Below are positions 39,009 to 43,580 of a stretch of 43,580 bases of DNA, in pieces. Positions within the stretch are counted from its first letter, which is position 1; every line of letters starts with the position of its first letter. The translations under genes and the position numbers were made by a program. This stretch comes from an uncultured Pseudomonadaceae bacterium (GTDB lineage: Bacteria; Pseudomonadota; Gammaproteobacteria; Enterobacterales; Permianibacteraceae). The stretch lies in the NCBI GenBank assembly GCA_964650615.1, contig CAZYUS010000003.1, forward strand, positions 1 through 43,580, given 5' to 3'. The notes beneath the pieces are model-generated. The model made no database searches and had not been told where the DNA came from. It saw nothing but the letters and a program-made list of their open reading frames with translations.

Positions 39009-41304
39009 TTTTTTCCGCCGTTTTTTCCCGTGTTTACGCCCAACATTGACGTGCTGGCTGGCCGTAACGATAACGTCGGCACCGACGGCCGCCGCAACTG
39101 ACAACACCAGCGATACCCACACCGCGAGCAGCGCGTGTCCGGTGGTGAACCCGCAGCGACCGTCGCAGCAAGCATCGATCGACTTGTCCACCGCCAATAT
39201 CGACGCCCGCGCCGATCAAACCGAGCGTGATGACGGCGGCAAAACGGTGTTGCAAGGTCATGTGCGCATCGAACAAGGCAGTCGCGTGTTGGCGGCCGAG
39301 GCCGCGCAAATCGACGAAAAAAACGGTGAGTTGCAAGCGCGTGGCGATATCCAGTTATCCGATCGCAGTTTGCTGTTGCGAGGTCGTGACTTACGCGCCG
39401 ATATGAGCACCAGCGCCGCCCAACTTCATGACGTGCGCTATCAATTGCAAGATCGCGGTGTACACGGTAGCGCCGAGCAATTCGCCAGCGACGCCAACGG
39501 CGTTTTAACCATGAGCGATGCGACCTTTAGCTCGTGTCCGGCGGAGCAGCCGACGTGGTTATTGTCGGCCACACAATTACAGTTAGATCGTGAAGAAGGC
39601 TGGGGTGAGGCTTACCATATGCGCCTCGATCTGGGCGGGGTACCGGTGTTTTATTTGCCTTATGCCACCTTTCCCATCGACGCACGGCGACGCTCCGGTG
39701 TGTTATTGCCTAACCTCACGAATTCACGCGACGGCGGTGCCGATATCGCCTTGCCCTACTACATCAATATCGCAGACAACGCCGACGCCACACTGACACC
39801 GCGCTGGATCGAAAAACGCGGCACGCAACTTGGCAGCGAATTTCGCTACGCCGGAGAAAACAGTGACAGCCAGTTCAGCGGTGAATACTTAGCGCACGAT
39901 CGCGCGGCTGACTTCGAGCCGGATCCGGATCGCTGGGCTTATCATTGGCAACATCAACACGTTTTTTCTGACCACTGGGACGCCTTGCTCGATACCGCTG
40001 CGGTCAGTGATGATGCTTATTTTTCCGACTTAGGCCACAGCCTCGATTTAGCGAATAAAAATTATGTACCGCGCAGCGGTCTGCTGCGCTATCGCGATCA
40101 ACATTGGCAGATCGTGTCACGGCTTTATCAGGTGCAGGCCTTGCAATTGGCCGAAAATTTCGAGCCCTACCGCAAGCAGCCCGAGATCACCTTTAACGGC
40201 GATTATCCGCGTCAATTCGGCGATCTGGGCCTCGCGCTGAATGGCTCGCTGACGCGTTTCGAACTGCCCGATGTCCGTCGCGCCGATCGTACCGATATCG
40301 CGCCACAAATAAGCGTGCCGATGTACTGGTCGGCCGGCTATCTGAAACCGCAAGTAAAATACCGTTACACACGCTATAAATTGCGCGAAGAAGGCGCGTT
40401 AGAAGACCGCGAGTTGACGCGTGAATTGCCAGTGTATTCGCTCGACAGCGGCTTATTTTTCGAGCGCGATCTGCGCTGGGTCAAACGTGATGTGGTGCAA
40501 ACATTGGAACCGCGTTTGTATTTCTTACACGTACCCTTTGTCGATCAATCTGCGATCCCGTTGTTTGACACCACCGAACCCACCGACAGCTACAACGGCT
40601 TGTTCCGCGATAACCGATTTATTGGTGCCGATCGTTTAGGCGATGCGCGCCAAGTGAGCGTCGGCGTTAGCACACGGTTTTTAAGCGCCGATGGCGGCGA
40701 AGAGCTATTGCGCTTTTCACTGGGGCAATCGCGCTACCTCAACACACCGCGCGTCGGCTTGAACACCGTAAACAGCGAGCCGCAAGGCCGCTCGCCCTTG
40801 TTCACCGAAGGCAGCGCGCGTTTGGGCGAACACTGGCAGGTGCGCCAAACCACCGGTCTCGACAGCAGCAACGGCGATATTCAGCGCGGTAGCTTCTCGC
40901 TGAATTACACCCACAGCGAACGCGAGATCATCAATGTCGAGTACCGCTATCGCGATCAACTGGGCGTTGAAACCGAGCAAACGGAACTCTCGTTCTATTG
41001 GCCGGTCTCTGATCGCTGGCAAACGGTCGGCCATTATGCGTACGATAAGGTCACCGGCCGAACAGTCGAATCCTTGTTCGGCGTCGAATACGAAAGCTGT
41101 TGCTGGGCATTACGAGTGGCGGGCAGACGCTATCTGAACACCAAGCTCGACAGCGACGGCGTACCGCTTTCCGGTGACGACTATGACACCGGTGTGTATG
41201 TGCAATTCGTCTTCAAGGGTTTTGCGGCCGCAGGCAGCGCCAAATTGCGCGATCTGCTGACCGAACGTATTGAAGGCTTTTCCGACAGGTTAACTCCACA
41301 ATGA
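39001..41304 (+). CDS. lptD: LPS-assembly outer-membrane protein
   Basis: OstA-like N-domain, [47 protein letters not shown]; upstream of surA. Confidence 0.96.
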   Translation: MSNFFRRFFPCLRPTLTCWLAVTITSAPTAAATDNTSDTHTASSACPVVNPQRPSQQASIDLSTANIDARADQTERDDGGKTVLQGHVRIEQGSRVLAAEAAQIDEKNGELQARGDIQLSDRSLLLRGRDLRADMSTSAAQLHDVRYQLQDRGVHGSAEQFASDANGVLTMSDATFSSCPAEQPTWLLSATQLQLDREEGWGEAYHMRLDLGGVPVFYLPYATFPIDARRRSGVLLPNLTNSRDGGADIALPYYINIADNADATLTPRWIEKRGTQLGSEFRYAGENSDSQFSGEYLAHDRAADFEPDPDRWAYHWQHQHVFSDHWDALLDTAAVSDDAYFSDLGHSLDLANKNYVPRSGLLRYRDQHWQIVSRLYQVQALQLAENFEPYRKQPEITFNGDYPRQFGDLGLALNGSLTRFELPDVRRADRTDIAPQISVPMYWSAGYLKPQVKYRYTRYKLREEGALEDRELTRELPVYSLDSGLFFERDLRWVKRDVVQTLEPRLYFLHVPFVDQSAIPLFDTTEPTDSYNGLFRDNRFIGADRLGDARQVSVGVSTRFLSADGGEELLRFSLGQSRYLNTPRVGLNTVNSEPQGRSPLFTEGSARLGEHWQVRQTTGLDSSNGDIQRGSFSLNYTHSEREIINVEYRYRDQLGVETEQTELSFYWPVSDRWQTVGHYAYDKVTGRTVESLFGVEYESCCWALRVAGRRYLNTKLDSDGVPLSGDDYDTGVYVQFVFKGFAAAGSAKLRDLLTERIEGFSDRLTPQ

Positions 41305-42611
41305 TTAAATCTCCCCTTGCCGTCGTTTCGGCGCTGCTGTGCAGCAGTCTGCTCGCCTTGAGCGTACATGCCAAAGAAACCGTACTCGACGAAGCCGTCG
41401 CCATCGTGGACGACGATGTGGTGTTACAAAGTGAATTGAACGCGCGGCTGCGTACGGTAAAACAAGATCTGCAAGCCCGTAACGCCAAATTGCCCGACGA
41501 AGCGGTACTGCGCCAACAAGTATTGGATCGCTTGATCAGTGATTCGATTCAATTGCAAATGGCCGATCGTGCCGGCGTGCGCGTCGGCGATACCGAATTA
41601 ACCCAAGTGCTGGAGCGGATCGCGCAACAAAACGGCGTTACGCTGGAGCAATTTCGTCAACGGGTCGAACAAGAAGGCAATAATTTCGCGTTGTTCCGCG
41701 AAGACATCCGCAACAATATGATGACCAGCCGCATTCGTCAGGGCCAAGTCAGTCGTCGTATTTTCATCAGCGATCAAGAAGTGCAAAACATGGTGGAAGC
41801 CATTGATGCCGAAGGCGCTGAACGCACCGAATATCACCTCGGCCATATCTTGATCGCGATCCCAGAATCGGCCTCCACCGAGCAAGTGCAAGAGGCGTCG
41901 AACAAAGCGGCTGACATCGTTACCAAATTGCGCGGCGGGGCTGATTTTGCCGACACCGCAATCGCCGTTTCCGCCGGTCAAGAAGCGTTGCAAGGCGGTG
42001 ATTTCGGTTGGAAAGGATTAACCCAATTACCGACCTTATTTGCCACTGCCGTCAAAACCATGAAAGTAGCGCAAGTGTCCGAACCGCTGCGCTCGGCGTC
42101 CGGTTTGCATATTTTGAAAGTGTTCGATAGCCGTGGTAACGAAAGCGTGATCGTCAATCAAACCCATGCTCGTCATGTGTTAATCAAACCGAGCGCGATT
42201 TTGGCCGACGCCGATGCGCTAAAAAAAGCGCGTGATTTATTGGCACGCGTGCGCGGCGGCGAAGATTTTGCACAAATTGCCAAAAAATATTCCGACGATC
42301 CGGGTTCAGGTAATTTAGGGGGCGATCTGGGCTGGGCCAACCCCGGTATGTTCGTCAAAGAATTTGAAAATGTGATGAACAGTTTGCAACCTGGCGAGAT
42401 CTCGGAACCGTTCAAGTCGCAGTTCGGTTGGCACTTTTTGCAAGTGATCGAACGGCGTGATGATGATCAAACCGACGAAATGAAAAAACAGCAGGCGTAT
42501 AAAATTTTGCACGACCGCAAATACGACGAAGAAGTGGAAGCGTGGTTGCGCGAAATTCGCGAGCAGGCTTACGTTAAGTTGATTGAGAAAGACAAAAAGA
42601 AATCCACCTAA
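41301..42611 (+). CDS. surA: Periplasmic chaperone / PPIase
   Basis: AIVDDDVVLQSE, two parvulin domains (HILI..GGDFGW; ARHVLI..GGDLGW..SQFGWH). Confidence 0.96.
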   Translation: MIKSPLAVVSALLCSSLLALSVHAKETVLDEAVAIVDDDVVLQSELNARLRTVKQDLQARNAKLPDEAVLRQQVLDRLISDSIQLQMADRAGVRVGDTELTQVLERIAQQNGVTLEQFRQRVEQEGNNFALFREDIRNNMMTSRIRQGQVSRRIFISDQEVQNMVEAIDAEGAERTEYHLGHILIAIPESASTEQVQEASNKAADIVTKLRGGADFADTAIAVSAGQEALQGGDFGWKGLTQLPTLFATAVKTMKVAQVSEPLRSASGLHILKVFDSRGNESVIVNQTHARHVLIKPSAILADADALKKARDLLARVRGGEDFAQIAKKYSDDPGSGNLGGDLGWANPGMFVKEFENVMNSLQPGEISEPFKSQFGWHFLQVIERRDDDQTDEMKKQQAYKILHDRKYDEEVEAWLREIREQAYVKLIEKDKKKST

Positions 42612-42664
42612 AGGGTAATAAAAACAGCGGCGCCACAAGCGCCGTTTTACGTTAATCACGGGCC

Positions 42665-43580
42665 ATGATGAATCACACTACCGCGCGTATTTTAGTGACC
42701 ACGGGCGAGCCGGCCGGCATCGGCCCCGAACTGTTGGTGCGGCTGGCGCAATCGCCGTGGCCTGCGCAGTTAATCGCACTCGGCGACGCGGCCTTGTTGC
42801 AGCACACCGCCGCGCGCCTGCATTTACCGCTTAAAATAAAACCGTATGTCAAAGCAGCGGCGCGCGAGCCTCACGTGTGCGGCGAACTTTTTTTACACGC
42901 CATTCCATTAAATGCCGACGTCGTAGCCGGACAACTTGACGTACTTAACGCGCCGTTTGTATTGCAACAATTAGACATCGCCGCGCAGGCGGCTTTAGGC
43001 GGCGACGTTGACGCCATCGTGACCAATCCGCTGCAAAAAAGTGTGATCAACGATGCCGGTGTGCCGTTTAGCGGTCACACCGAATATTTTGCCCACGCGG
43101 CCAACGATGCGCCGGTGCTGATGTTACTCGCTAACGATGAATTGCGCGTGGCGCTCGCCACCACGCATTTACCACTGCACCACGTCGCGACAGCCATTTC
43201 TGGCGCGTCATTACGCCACACCCTAACGCTGCTGCATCGCGCGCTCACAACACAATTCGGCATCCCGTCGCCGCGCATCGCGGTGCTGGGATTAAATCCG
43301 CACGCCGGTGAAGCGGGGCATTTGGGTCGCGAAGAGATCGACATCATCGCTCCGGTGGTTCATGCGCTGCGCGCGCAAGGTTGGGATCTTGATGGGCCGT
43401 TATCCGCTGACACCGCCTTTACCCCTGACAAACGATCGCGTTATGACGCCTATCTGGCGATGTACCATGATCAAGGATTGCCGGTATTAAAAGCCTTGGG
43501 GTTTCATCGCAGTGTGAATATCACCTTAGGATTACCTTTTACTCGTACTTCGGTCGATCACGGCACTGCGCTGGATTTAG
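42665..43580 (+). CDS. pdxA: 4-hydroxythreonine-4-phosphate dehydrogenase (3'-truncated by window edge)
   Basis: Translated by hand (absent from the ORF track): TTGEPAGIGPE, FSGHTE, GLNPHAGE, MYHDQGL, RTSVDHGTA; lptD-surA-pdxA synteny. Confidence 0.95.
   Translation, partial: MMNHTTARILVTTGEPAGIGPELLVRLAQSPWPAQLIALGDAALLQHTAARLHLPLKIKPYVKAAAREPHVCGELFLHAIPLNADVVAGQLDVLNAPFVLQQLDIAAQAALGGDVDAIVTNPLQKSVINDAGVPFSGHTEYFAHAANDAPVLMLLANDELRVALATTHLPLHHVATAISGASLRHTLTLLHRALTTQFGIPSPRIAVLGLNPHAGEAGHLGREEIDIIAPVVHALRAQGWDLDGPLSADTAFTPDKRSRYDAYLAMYHDQGLPVLKALGFHRSVNITLGLPFTRTSVDHGTALDL

Noticed and set aside
42621-42648. Hairpin CGGCGC-cacaa-GCGCCG-TTTT between surA and pdxA as a terminator
   Set aside because: Short stem and U-tract inside a normally co-transcribed operon; at most a weak attenuator

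Overview
Gammaproteobacterial chromosomal segment with three blocks. (1) 1-9280 is housekeeping: tkt (5'-partial)-gap-pgk-fba with GTAG-type REP palindromes in each spacer, then a YejM/sulfatase-fold membrane protein, pssA and convergent serA. (2) ~9.4-32.7 kb is a Wzx/Wzy-dependent exopolysaccharide locus resembling the XrtA/PEP-CTERM-associated type: priming transferase, Wza-like exporter, split Wzc whose kinase lacks the Walker A lysine, an OM barrel, one GT2 and three GT4s, two deacetylases, an ExoH-like acyltransferase, two GNATs, YdcF, Wzy and Wzx. No exosortase or PEP-CTERM protein is visible. The locus ends in a divergent pair of strongly paralogous, uncharacterised secreted proteins: one soluble, one a lipoprotein with three Ig/cadherin-like repeats. 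This pair is the best candidate for an undescribed component. (3) 32.8-43.6 kb holds argJ, an ornithine/lysine decarboxylase, yajD, an orphan acyl carrier protein, an amidinotransferase coupled to a lipoprotein, then coq7-lptD-surA-pdxA (3'-partial). I saw no rRNA, tRNA, CRISPR array or transposase. All family calls come from motif recognition by eye; no database search was run.
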